Assembly: GCA_903825445.1 (NCBI GenBank)
Contig: CAIKAS010000364.1
Coordinates: 26,298-90,297, forward strand
Direction: 5' to 3'
Source of the DNA: an uncultured Acidobacteriia bacterium
Lineage (GTDB): Bacteria; Acidobacteriota; Terriglobia; Bryobacterales; Bryobacteraceae
Length of the DNA: 64,000 bases
A program made the translations under genes and the position numbers. Shown in pieces: positions 53,732-62,471 of this stretch; the first letter of the stretch is position 1, and each line of letters opens with the position of its first letter. Under the pieces are notes generated by a model. That model did not search any database, was not told where the DNA came from, and saw only the letters and a program-made list of their open reading frames with translations.

Positions 53732-55867
53732 ATGGAGCGCCGTGACTTCTTCAAGATCCTGGGAGCCGGCACCGCAGGCGCGGCTGCGACCAGTTGCGGC
53801 AGCAAGACCGATGCCCTGATTCCCCTTCTGGTCCCCGAACACGACATTCCGATCGGTGAAGAGCGCTGGCACCCCGCTGTCTGCACGGAATGCGCGGCCG
53901 GTTGTGGAACTCTGGTGCGCGTGATGGGCGCCGAACGGGTCATAGAAATAAAGGGTGAGCAGGTTCGCCAGCGCGTTGCCGCCGTGAAGAAGATCGAAGG
54001 CAACCCGCTTGATCCGATCAGCGGTGGCCGTCTTTGTGCCCGCGGTCAGGCAGTAGTCCAGGCGCTCTATCATCCCGACCGTCTGCGTGGCGCGATGAAG
54101 CGCACGGGTGATCGTGGCAAAGCATCATTCGCGGCTGTTTCCTGGGATGATGCCGTCGCCGGTGTCGCGCAGAAGATTCACGCAGCCGACCCCTCGCGCA
54201 TCGTGTTCCTGACCGGACCGAATGCGGGCAGCCGCTCCGCCGCAATTCAGGGATTCCTGAAGGCCATCAAGGCCCCGTCCGCCACTGTGTGCTCGCTGGC
54301 GGATTTCGCGATCGAGCGTAAGGCAGCTGAAGAAGCGCTGGGCTGGAAAGGCCTGCCGGTTTACGATGTCGCGAACGCCACACACGTCCTCGGCGTAGGC
54401 GCGGACTTTTTGGGCGGATGGGAATCACCGGTTTACTACGCGCGCCAGTTCGGACATTTCCGACAAGGCAGAGTGGGCATCCGCGGCACATTGTTCCAGG
54501 CGGAATCGCGCTTCTCCACAAGCGCGACGGCGGCTGATCGCTGGCTTCCCATCGCGCCTGGCTCGGAGCCTCAGTTCATCGCGGCAGTGGCCAGAATTCT
54601 GATCGACGCAAAGCTCGCCCCAAATGTAGCTGCCTTGCCGGCATCGGTGGCGCAGGCATTCCGTTCAGCCGATGTGGCTGCCCTGCTGAAGGCTTGCGGA
54701 CTCGAAGAGAAACGCACGCTGCCGATCATCCTCGAATTCGGCGCGTCGCGAGCGCCGCTGGTGTTAGCCGGCGCTTCGGCGGTTCACACGAATTCGCTGG
54801 ACGCCGTGATCGCATCGCATTATCTGAATCTGATGCTGGGCAACGTAGGCAAGCCCGGTGGCATGACGGCCCCGGCGACAAGCGCGATTGGCGTGGAAAC
54901 CAGCGAGTTGGCCAGCAGGCTCGCGAATGCCCAAGTCATTCTGATCGACGGCGCCAATCCGGCGTACCTGTTGCCGAAGTCATCCGGCATTCTGGATGCA
55001 CTGGGCCATGCGGATACCGTCGTCAGCTTCGCACCGCTGGTAGACGATTCCGCCGCCTACGCCGATTTCATTTTGCCGGATCATCATGCGCTCGAATCGA
55101 CCGTCGTGGTGGCGCCGGCGATGTCGGACCGTACCGCCATGGCGCTCGCCGAGCCCTTTGTCGAGCCGCTCTATGAAACGCAGGCGGTAGAGAAGACGCT
55201 GGGCGATATTGCAGGCAAGCTCAACGCCACCTACACGGCGATAACTCCCGCCGATCTGGTGAAACCGCTTTTGAAAGGCGACGCCACTTACGCCGAAACT
55301 GCCCGTGAAGGTGGCGTGTGGCTGGCACCCGATGCGAAACCGACGCCAGCGAAACCTGGCAAGGACGTAACATTGAGCGCGGCAACATTCGCCGGCGATG
55401 CCGCGCAGTTCCCGCTCTTCTTTCAGCCGTATCTTTCGCTGCAGTTCCACGATGGCAGCAGTTCACACCTGCCGTGGATGCAGGAACTTCCCGACCCCGC
55501 ATCGAGCGCCATTTGGGGGTTGCCCGTCGAGATCGATGGTAAAACCGCCCAGGGCCTGGGAATTGCGGAGGGCGATCTGGTCCGCATCGAATCGCCACAC
55601 GGCGCGATTCAGGCAGCGGCGTTTGTCCATCCGGCTGCGATCCCCGGCGTCATCAGCATGGGGATCGGTGGCGGCCACACTCACTTTGGCCGCTATGGTT
55701 CGGATCGCGGTGCGAATCCGCTTTCGATACTGGCCCCGTCAACCGAGAAGACAACGGGCGCCATTGCCACCGGGGCAACCCGCGTAAAGCTCAGCCGCGT
55801 GAGCGAAGAAGGCAGACTCATTCAGTTCTCCACGCAGAAGAGTGAGAACAGGGGCGCGCACAGGTAA
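53732..55867 (+). CDS. actB1: molybdopterin-oxidoreductase-family subunit (ACIII ActB1-like), Tat signal
   Basis: ORF 53696..55867. Possible starts are 53696, 53705 and 53732; I chose 53732 for the compact Tat signal MERRDFFKILGAGTAGAAATSCG. It has the MopB N-terminal Cys motif CTECAAGCG...GGRLCARGQ. Total length is ~710 aa. Confidence 0.75.
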   Translation: MERRDFFKILGAGTAGAAATSCGSKTDALIPLLVPEHDIPIGEERWHPAVCTECAAGCGTLVRVMGAERVIEIKGEQVRQRVAAVKKIEGNPLDPISGGRLCARGQAVVQALYHPDRLRGAMKRTGDRGKASFAAVSWDDAVAGVAQKIHAADPSRIVFLTGPNAGSRSAAIQGFLKAIKAPSATVCSLADFAIERKAAEEALGWKGLPVYDVANATHVLGVGADFLGGWESPVYYARQFGHFRQGRVGIRGTLFQAESRFSTSATAADRWLPIAPGSEPQFIAAVARILIDAKLAPNVAALPASVAQAFRSADVAALLKACGLEEKRTLPIILEFGASRAPLVLAGASAVHTNSLDAVIASHYLNLMLGNVGKPGGMTAPATSAIGVETSELASRLANAQVILIDGANPAYLLPKSSGILDALGHADTVVSFAPLVDDSAAYADFILPDHHALESTVVVAPAMSDRTAMALAEPFVEPLYETQAVEKTLGDIAGKLNATYTAITPADLVKPLLKGDATYAETAREGGVWLAPDAKPTPAKPGKDVTLSAATFAGDAAQFPLFFQPYLSLQFHDGSSSHLPWMQELPDPASSAIWGLPVEIDGKTAQGLGIAEGDLVRIESPHGAIQAAAFVHPAAIPGVISMGIGGGHTHFGRYGSDRGANPLSILAPSTEKTTGAIATGATRVKLSRVSEEGRLIQFSTQKSENRGAHR

Positions 55868-55872
55868 ACGCT

Positions 55873-56559
55873 ATGGCACACCGCTGGGGAATGGCTATCG
55901 ATCTCGACCGTTGCACAGGCTGCGAAGCCTGTGTTGCGGCCTGCCATGCCGAAAACAATATTCCGATTTCCACGCCAGAGCAAGCCGCATCCGGCCGCAC
56001 CACGCACTGGATCCGCGTCGACCGTTATTACGAAGGCGCCTTCCCCGACGTGAAGGTGAAGTACATGCCGGTGCTGTGCCAGCAGTGCGATGAAGCGCCC
56101 TGCGAGCCGGTTTGCCCGACGTACGCGACGTATCACAATCCCGAAGGCCTCAACGTTCAGGTTTACAACCGCTGCGTCGGGACTTTCTACTGCGCAAACA
56201 ACTGCCCGTACACGGTTCGCTATTTCAACTGGTTCGATCCCGTCTGGCCGGAGCCAATGCAACTGCAGCACAACCCCGACGTGGCGGTCCGCATGGCCGG
56301 CGTGATGGAGAAGTGCACGTTCTGCATTCAGCGGATCAAGCGCGGCAAGGATGAAGCGGAAACCGCGGGACAACCCGTGGCCGATGGCGATATTCAGCCA
56401 GCATGTGTACAAGGCTGCCCGTCGGAAGCAATGGTGTTCGGCGATCTTAACGATCCCGAGAGCAAGGTTTCGCGCATGGCTGAAAGCAGCCGCGCGACTC
56501 GTTTGCTCGAAGAACTCGGGACGAAACCGAAAGTGTTCTATCTGGAGCGTGGCCGCTGA
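55873..56559 (+). CDS. actB2: 4Fe-4S ferredoxin-type subunit (ACIII ActB2 / PsrB/NrfC-like)
   Basis: 228-aa ORF with WGMAIDLDRCTGCEACVAACHAEN, CQQCDEAPCEPVCP, CVGTFYCANNCPY and CTFC...ACVQGCP. These are the four Cys clusters typical of this family. Confidence 0.85.
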   Translation: MAHRWGMAIDLDRCTGCEACVAACHAENNIPISTPEQAASGRTTHWIRVDRYYEGAFPDVKVKYMPVLCQQCDEAPCEPVCPTYATYHNPEGLNVQVYNRCVGTFYCANNCPYTVRYFNWFDPVWPEPMQLQHNPDVAVRMAGVMEKCTFCIQRIKRGKDEAETAGQPVADGDIQPACVQGCPSEAMVFGDLNDPESKVSRMAESSRATRLLEELGTKPKVFYLERGR

Positions 56560-57890
56560 TGTATAGCCACATCAAACAGCCGGAGCTTCTGCCATATGGC
56601 AAGATTCGCGAGGATTTGTTCCGCCCGCTTTCCGGACTGACGAAGAAATACTTCCTCGCGATTCTGATTCCGCTGCTGGTGATTCTGTTTGGTGCATACG
56701 CATGGTCCGTGCAGCTTCGTTACGGCATGGGCGTCACTGGCCTGCAGCGACCGGTCTTCTGGGGCTTCTACATTGTCGATTTCGTTTTCTGGATTGGTAT
56801 CTCACACGCCGGCACTCTAATCTCCGCGATCCTTCGCCTCACCGACGCTGGCTGGCGTAAGCCCATCACACGAGCCGCGGAAGCGATTACGGTGTTCGCT
56901 CTGATGATCGGCGGTCTGTTCCCGATCATCCACCTTGGCCGTGCGTGGCGTTTCTACTGGCTGATGCCGTATCCGAATTCTCGCCTGTTGTGGCCGAATT
57001 TCCGGTCGCCGCTGCTTTGGGATCTGACAGCCATCTGCGCTTATGTCACGGGCAGCGTAATCTTCCTTTACCTGCCGCTCATTCCCGATATGGCGCAGCT
57101 GGCGGAGCACAACACGCCGTGGCGGCGAAAGCTCTATAGCGCACTTTCACTCGGATGGACCGGCAGCGATAAGGAATGGCACGCGCTCGAACGCGCCATG
57201 AAACTGATGGCCGGGATCATTTTGGCCGTGGCGGTTTCGGTGCACACCATCGTCGCGTGGGATTTCGCGATGGCAATTGCGCCCATGTGGCACAGCACGA
57301 TTTTTGGCCCTTACTTTGTGGTGGGCGCAATCTTCAGCGGTCTCGCCGGACTGATGATCGTGATGGCGCTGATTCGCAAGCTGATGGGCCTGGAGTTGTA
57401 CCTGACCCGCCATCACTTCGATAATCTCGCCAAGCTCTTGCTCATGATGAGCGTCCTCTGGCTCTACTTCACGCTGGCCGAACATATCACCGCGTGGTAC
57501 GGGAACGACCCGAGCGAGATGGTGGTCTTCGGCGCGCGCACGCGAACTCGTTTCGCCTACCTGTTCTGGCTGATGGTGTTCGTGAACTTCGTGGTGCCGT
57601 TCATACTACTGGGAATCCGCAAGCTGCGCAGTATCACAACCGGGGTTATCGCATCGTTCGGGATCTTGCTGGGCATGTTCCTGGAGCGGTACATCATCGT
57701 AGTGCCAACGCTAAGCAACACTAGGCTGCCGGCGGCGACTTCGGGTTTCTACGCGCCCAGTTGGGTAGAACTTGCCATCACGGCTGCTACGTTCGCTGGG
57801 ATGATCGTTCTGTATCTGATCTTCTCGAAACTGTTCCCAATCATTGCAGTTTGGGAATTCAAGCCGCACGCGCAGGAGGATGAGGGCTAG
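56559..57890 (+). CDS. actC: NrfD/PsrC-like polytopic quinone-interacting membrane subunit (ACIII ActC-like)
   Basis: 443-aa ORF whose start overlaps the previous stop. I predict about 10 TM helices. The motifs FWGFYIVDFVFWIGISHAGTLISA and WHSTIFGPYFVVGAIFSG are typical of NrfD-family proteins. Confidence 0.8.
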   Translation: MYSHIKQPELLPYGKIREDLFRPLSGLTKKYFLAILIPLLVILFGAYAWSVQLRYGMGVTGLQRPVFWGFYIVDFVFWIGISHAGTLISAILRLTDAGWRKPITRAAEAITVFALMIGGLFPIIHLGRAWRFYWLMPYPNSRLLWPNFRSPLLWDLTAICAYVTGSVIFLYLPLIPDMAQLAEHNTPWRRKLYSALSLGWTGSDKEWHALERAMKLMAGIILAVAVSVHTIVAWDFAMAIAPMWHSTIFGPYFVVGAIFSGLAGLMIVMALIRKLMGLELYLTRHHFDNLAKLLLMMSVLWLYFTLAEHITAWYGNDPSEMVVFGARTRTRFAYLFWLMVFVNFVVPFILLGIRKLRSITTGVIASFGILLGMFLERYIIVVPTLSNTRLPAATSGFYAPSWVELAITAATFAGMIVLYLIFSKLFPIIAVWEFKPHAQEDEG

Positions 57891-57891
57891 T

Positions 57892-58407
57892 ATGGCATCC
57901 ATCACCTATCTCCTGAGCGAATTCCGGGACAAGGACGCGGTAGCCACGGCTATTCTGTCTTTGCGCGGCGCCGGTGTAAGCACGAACGATATCGATCTGT
58001 TTTCGGAAGAGCCCGTGGAACTGAAGCGCGGCGTGCTGGATCGGCCGAGTCATAGTTCGCTGGTGGCTGTTTGCGGTGCGATCGTCATGGGCGTTGTGGC
58101 GACGGCGTTTGTCTGGTGGGCGCAGTATAACTATGAGCTCATCACGGGCGGCATGCCGACCTTCTCGTTCTGGGGCACCGGCGTCATCACGTATGAGATG
58201 ACGATGCTGGGCGCGGTACTCGCGACGTTCGCATATTTCCTGTGGGAGAGCGGCCTGCTCCGCAAGCGCGACAGGACAGCGCCTGTGCCCGTGGTTCCGG
58301 CGGAATGCATCTGCATCCGCGTGCGCGTGGCAGGAGAAACCGCCAAGCCAATGACGTTGCTGCAACAGGCGGGCGCGATCTCCGTGGAAAAGAAGGCTCC
58401 GCTATGA
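57892..58407 (+). CDS. actD: DUF3341 membrane protein (ACIII ActD-like)
   Basis: ORF 57844..58407. I moved the start to ATG 57892, directly after the actC stop. It has an N-terminal soluble domain (LLSEFRDKDAVATAILSLRGAGV) followed by two TM helices, as in ActD. Confidence 0.65.
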   Translation: MASITYLLSEFRDKDAVATAILSLRGAGVSTNDIDLFSEEPVELKRGVLDRPSHSSLVAVCGAIVMGVVATAFVWWAQYNYELITGGMPTFSFWGTGVITYEMTMLGAVLATFAYFLWESGLLRKRDRTAPVPVVPAECICIRVRVAGETAKPMTLLQQAGAISVEKKAPL

Positions 58408-58748
58408 GACGACTTTCCATCTCATTGTTGATGGCGGCGTCGCTTTTCGCTGCCGATCAGAAGCCATTGCCCTGGGAAAAGAACCGTTTGCAGAGCGGCC
58501 AGGCACTGTTCCGTGCCAACTGCGTGGTCTGCCACGATGTCGACAAGACACAGGCGGAGACGAAGAAGTTCGGCCCGAGTTTTTATCAGCTTTTCCGTGG
58601 GGACAAGCTGCCGATGTCCGGCGACAAGCTGACGCGTGCTGCCGTAAAAGACAAAATCAAGTCCGGAAGCATCATCATGCCGGCCTTCGACAAAGTACTG
58701 AACGATTCCGAAATCGATTTGTTAATCGACTACCTTCAGTCGAAATAG
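58404..58748 (+). CDS. actE: monohaem cytochrome c (ACIII ActE-like)
   Basis: ORF 58242..58748. I moved the start to ATG 58404, an ATGA overlap with actD. It has a signal peptide, a single CVVCH motif and a downstream Met (IIMPAF). Confidence 0.7.
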   Translation: MRRLSISLLMAASLFAADQKPLPWEKNRLQSGQALFRANCVVCHDVDKTQAETKKFGPSFYQLFRGDKLPMSGDKLTRAAVKDKIKSGSIIMPAFDKVLNDSEIDLLIDYLQSK

Positions 58749-58763
58749 GGAGGGTCTAAGTCC

Positions 58764-59594
58764 GTGCGCCGAGCTGTTGTTCTTGCGTGCCTGGTTGGTC
58801 TGAGCCTTAGCGCACAGTCACCCCCGAAAATCGAATTCGATGTTGTCTCCGTGAAACTGGTCGACCCGGGTACCGGCGGGGTCGGCGACAGGTTTCCGCA
58901 GCGCGGCACGTGGAACTGGACTGGAATACGGCTGTCCGGTTTGATTACCTATGCCTACGGCGTATCGCAGGTTGAGATCGCCAACATTCCAGCCAAGTTC
59001 CAGAGCCGCGACGTGGCGTTCGGGATCACGGCAAAGATGCCGGTGGACGTCACTCACGACCAGTTCCGGGCGATGCTCGAATCGATGCTGGCCGACCGGT
59101 TCGCGTTCGCGATGCACCGCGAAATGCGCGAGGTTCCCGTGGTGACAATTGACGTGGCGAAGGGCGGCTCTAAGCTGAAGCCCGCCAGCGGCGACTGCGT
59201 GCACCTGCCGCCGTCGGCGGCATTGCCAGCGGGCCAACGTCGGTGTGGCGAAGTCACCCGCAGCCTCCAGATACAGGACGGTATCCTACGCTGGCAATAT
59301 TCAGGGCGATCGATTTCGATGGCTGATCTGGCCACGTTTCTTTCGGACGACGGGCCGGTGGTTGACAACACCGGAATTAAAGGCTTGTACGATCTGGATG
59401 TGACGGTTGAAGCGCCGACCGCCGCTCCACCGACTACCTCAGATGAGGCGGCCAACAACCAGTTCGAGTTTAACCACACGTTCAACGCGGCGTTTGAGAA
59501 GCAGGCCGGGTTGAGCATCGATAAGAACAAGCTCAGCAAGCGTCCCATATCGGTGATTGTCGTCGATCACGTGGACCTGCCAACTCCGAACTAG
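58764..59594 (+). CDS. TIGR03435 family protein (soil/Acidobacteria-associated, unknown function)
   Basis: 276-aa ORF with a GTG start and a signal peptide. EFDVVSVKLVDPG near the N-terminus and the overall length match the TIGR03435 family as I remember it. Confidence 0.6.
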   Translation: MRRAVVLACLVGLSLSAQSPPKIEFDVVSVKLVDPGTGGVGDRFPQRGTWNWTGIRLSGLITYAYGVSQVEIANIPAKFQSRDVAFGITAKMPVDVTHDQFRAMLESMLADRFAFAMHREMREVPVVTIDVAKGGSKLKPASGDCVHLPPSAALPAGQRRCGEVTRSLQIQDGILRWQYSGRSISMADLATFLSDDGPVVDNTGIKGLYDLDVTVEAPTAAPPTTSDEAANNQFEFNHTFNAAFEKQAGLSIDKNKLSKRPISVIVVDHVDLPTPN

Positions 59595-60949
59595 GGCTTC
59601 GCGATACCGCCCCACGAGGGGCCGAGGCGTAGCCAGCGCTGGCGATCGGACCAGATCGCCGGCCATTCCGGAACGTAGAGCAGGCCGTGTCCACGGTCGC
59701 ACATGAACTCCGTACCGTGCCACTCCAGCAGGATCCGCGACGATTCTCCGATGCGGACAGGATGGGCCAGCAGTCGCAAGCAGACAGGGCAGCGATCGCG
59801 CTGATCGACAAGTGTCCAGCGCGCAGCGAGAAAGATTCCGAGCATAGTCAGATTTAGAATCAATGGTGTCATCGAGCCGGAGAGTGCCGTCAGATCGAGC
59901 GGGCCGAAGGCAACAATCGGAAGGAGCAACACTGCCTTCGCCAACAGGAAGAGACTCCGCCGCAATCCGGGTGTTCCCGCTGAACCGGCCAACATCATTC
60001 CCCAGAGAAGGAATGAAAACACGAACACCGGCAGCATGCCGAGACACAATTCTAACCAACGGTCGGCGATCCGGATGTAGTGGAACCGGCTGTTCTGTAG
60101 CGTTCCATACCGCAAACTACCTACGGCAAGCCCCTCGGTCGTCGCGGGCAGAGTGGCAAGGGTGGAATCGTCTGCGACTAACCATCCGTCCACGTGTCCG
60201 GGAAGGTTCCACGCCAGGTCGGGAAGAATAGTGACTCGCGGATCGTCGTTGAAGTATTGGCGCCGGGCGTCGCTCGTCAGTATCAGGGTTGGCGTGCCGC
60301 CGTGTACCTGGCCGATGGGAATGTTGAGAATCCGAAAGAGGCTCGCGGTGGTTTTCGCGACGTAGAGCGTCCGGTTTCCGCGCGGCGTCTCAACGTCGAG
60401 TTTCGTGAGCGAATAAAATGCGAGGTCCGTGAACTGCCCGCCATCCAGCGCTTTGAGCGATTCAAACTGGCCGCGCGAAACCGAGGGATACGGGCGGGAA
60501 AAGTTCGCCGCAAATACGTCGTCTATTGGTCGGGGAGTGAGCAGAACCAGATTCCGGGGATAGAGTGCAGAGAGCAACACACTTCGCACATCAGGCAGGA
60601 GGAGCCCGACGACGAGGCACAGCGCGCCCAGCGTCGCCAGCCAGCCCAGGCACCGAACCGGGGATGACAGCGCGGCCACACCCTGGTCCGGGAAGCTCTC
60701 TATGCCTTCCGGTGTAGGTGGAGCATCCAGTTGAAGAAGACTGCCGGACCCGATTGGCACGTTGCGACGCAGCCAGTATGCATCGCGGAAAGCTCCCATG
60801 CAAAAGGCGCCTACATTGGTTCCGTGAGAGTCGCGCCGAATATGCCAGAGTTCGGATCGCCACTCGGCGAGCCAATCGGTGCGCTGTTCCGCCGGCACAA
60901 GCGCGGCGGCACAACGGAGGATGGCGAAGTGGAAAGTGGCCGGACTCAT
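59591..60949 (-). CDS. PadR-linked polytopic membrane protein with C-terminal Cys/His zinc-ribbon-like motif
   Basis: 452-aa ORF with a 4-nt overlap with padR. The N-terminus LVPAEQRTDWLAEWRSELWHI resembles the leader of acidobacterial PadR-associated (ADOP-type) permeases. There are several TM helices. The C-terminus has CPVC...(24 aa)...CDRGH. Confidence 0.6.
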   Translation of the reverse strand: MSPATFHFAILRCAAALVPAEQRTDWLAEWRSELWHIRRDSHGTNVGAFCMGAFRDAYWLRRNVPIGSGSLLQLDAPPTPEGIESFPDQGVAALSSPVRCLGWLATLGALCLVVGLLLPDVRSVLLSALYPRNLVLLTPRPIDDVFAANFSRPYPSVSRGQFESLKALDGGQFTDLAFYSLTKLDVETPRGNRTLYVAKTTASLFRILNIPIGQVHGGTPTLILTSDARRQYFNDDPRVTILPDLAWNLPGHVDGWLVADDSTLATLPATTEGLAVGSLRYGTLQNSRFHYIRIADRWLELCLGMLPVFVFSFLLWGMMLAGSAGTPGLRRSLFLLAKAVLLLPIVAFGPLDLTALSGSMTPLILNLTMLGIFLAARWTLVDQRDRCPVCLRLLAHPVRIGESSRILLEWHGTEFMCDRGHGLLYVPEWPAIWSDRQRWLRLGPSWGGIAKP

Positions 60950-61263
60950 GCGCCTTCTCCCATTGCCGCGGGAATCAGATTTGCGAGCAGCGGATAACGC
61001 TTTTCCGATGCCTCCAGCGTGGCCCTCCCCGATGGCGTCAGCGTGTAGTATTTTCGGGGCGGGCGCTGCTCAGCGTCGGCAATCGATTGCCTTTCCCAGC
61101 GCGAGCGGATGAGGCCGTCGCGTTCGAGCCTGCGCATCGCGGGATAGACGGTACCGCTGGGCAGGCCGGTCACTTCCATCACGCCGAAGCCGTAAACATG
61201 GCCGGCATCAATGGCCTTGAGGATCATCGCCGCCGTGTGGGATAGTTTCAGTTCCGTCGCCAT
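60946..61263 (-). CDS. padR: PadR family transcriptional regulator
   Basis: ORF 60946..61299 (TTG). I prefer ATG 61263 because the longer form would run into the 18-bp palindrome. The winged HTH reads ILKAIDAGHVYGFGVMEVTGLPSGTVYPAMRRLERDGLIRSRWE...RKYYTLTPSG. Confidence 0.85.
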   Translation of the reverse strand: MATELKLSHTAAMILKAIDAGHVYGFGVMEVTGLPSGTVYPAMRRLERDGLIRSRWERQSIADAEQRPPRKYYTLTPSGRATLEASEKRYPLLANLIPAAMGEGA

Positions 61264-61275
61264 TCCCGGATTATA

Positions 61276-61323
61276 CCTATGTAGCATTCTACTTGACAAG
61301 GAGAAAGTAGAATGCTACATAGG
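61276..61323. promoter_or_regulatory. 18-bp perfect inverted repeat: candidate double PadR operator overlapping a TTGACA-17-TACATA promoter
   Basis: CCTATGTAGCATTCTACT (61276..61293), spacer TGACAAGGAGAA, then AGTAGAATGCTACATAGG (61306..61323). Each arm is itself ATGT-N8-AC(T)T, close to the PadR consensus ATGT-N8-ACAT. TTGACA lies at 61293..61298 and TACATA at 61316..61321. Confidence 0.65.
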
Positions 61324-61345
61324 GTACGGAGGTTTCTCGTCCCAC

Positions 61346-61699
61346 ATGAAAAACGTCACCGGCTGGATCGTCGCAGTTCTTCTCGCTGTCCTCTTCGCGC
61401 TTGTCGGCGGTCTCAAACTGATTGGCGTACCCGCCGCTGTGAAGGAGTTCGAACAGATCGGATTCGGGCAGTGGTTTCGCTACATCACTGGAGTATTGGA
61501 AGTCACGGGCGCCGTGGGGATGCTGATTCCGAAATACCGATTTTGGGCGGCACTACAGATCGCTACTATTATGCTCGGGGCTACGATGATCAACCTTTGG
61601 GTGTTGCATCTACCGCCGCTTGCCCGGGTGACCGCCGTTCTCATGGCGCTGGCACTGGTGCTTGCATGGCTTCGTCGTCCGCAAAAGGAGAAGGTTTAG
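61346..61699 (+). CDS. DoxX family membrane protein
   Basis: ORF 61211..61699. I moved the start to ATG 61346 (RBS GGAGG at 61327..61331). It has four TM helices and FALVGGLKLIG...FRYITGVLEVTGAVGMLIP, typical of DoxX. Confidence 0.7.
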   Translation: MKNVTGWIVAVLLAVLFALVGGLKLIGVPAAVKEFEQIGFGQWFRYITGVLEVTGAVGMLIPKYRFWAALQIATIMLGATMINLWVLHLPPLARVTAVLMALALVLAWLRRPQKEKV

Positions 61700-61700
61700 G

Positions 61701-62465
61701 ATGCTGGAACTTCGGGAAGTTTCAAAGAGATTCGTTGGAACTCTAGCGGTAGATCGGGTGTCTTTCTGCGCCCGCGCGGGGGAGGTGACCGGCTATCTTG
61801 GCCCCAACGGGTCCGGCAAATCGACCACGATGAAGATGATCACGGGCCTGCTGGAGCCGACTTCGGGGCAGATTCTTTTTGGCGGAGTTCCCATCCAGCA
61901 GGACCTGATCGCGTGGAAGCAGCGCATGGGCTACGTGCCCGAGGAGCCGCATTTATACGGTCATCTTACGGGCCTGGAATATCTGGTGATGGTGGGGCAA
62001 CTGCGAGGACTGCCAGACAAGCCGACTGCCGAGAAGATCGATGGCCTGTTGAAATTGTTCGCATTGCACGGTGACAGGCACGTGCCCGTTTCGTCGTATT
62101 CGAAAGGAATGCGGCAGAAGGTGTTGCTTTCGGCTGCGCTGCTGCATAATCCCGAACTGATCCTGCTGGATGAACCGTTTTCAGGGCTTGACGTAGGGAC
62201 CGGGCTCGTCCTGCGGAGCCTGATCCAGGAACTGGCGTCGCGCGGGAAGGTGATTCTATTCAGTTCACATGAGCTGGAAACCGTGGAACGGGTGTCGTCG
62301 CGGGTCGTGATTCTGCATCGCGGCAAGCTGGTAGCGGACGACTCGATTGAGAACCTGCGAAGCCTGATGGCGCTGCCAACACTCGAGAAGATTTTTTCGC
62401 AGTTGGCCGTGGAGCAGGATACGGGCGCGCTGTCGCGCGAGATTGCCGATCTGATTCAGGGATAG
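61701..62465 (+). CDS. ABC transporter ATP-binding protein
   Basis: ORF 61662..62465. I moved the start to ATG 61701, one nt after the doxX stop. It has Walker A GPNGSGKST, signature YSKGMRQKV, Walker B LILLDEPFSGLD and the H-loop SSHEL. Confidence 0.9.
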   Translation: MLELREVSKRFVGTLAVDRVSFCARAGEVTGYLGPNGSGKSTTMKMITGLLEPTSGQILFGGVPIQQDLIAWKQRMGYVPEEPHLYGHLTGLEYLVMVGQLRGLPDKPTAEKIDGLLKLFALHGDRHVPVSSYSKGMRQKVLLSAALLHNPELILLDEPFSGLDVGTGLVLRSLIQELASRGKVILFSSHELETVERVSSRVVILHRGKLVADDSIENLRSLMALPTLEKIFSQLAVEQDTGALSREIADLIQG

Positions 62466-62471
62466 GTCGCC

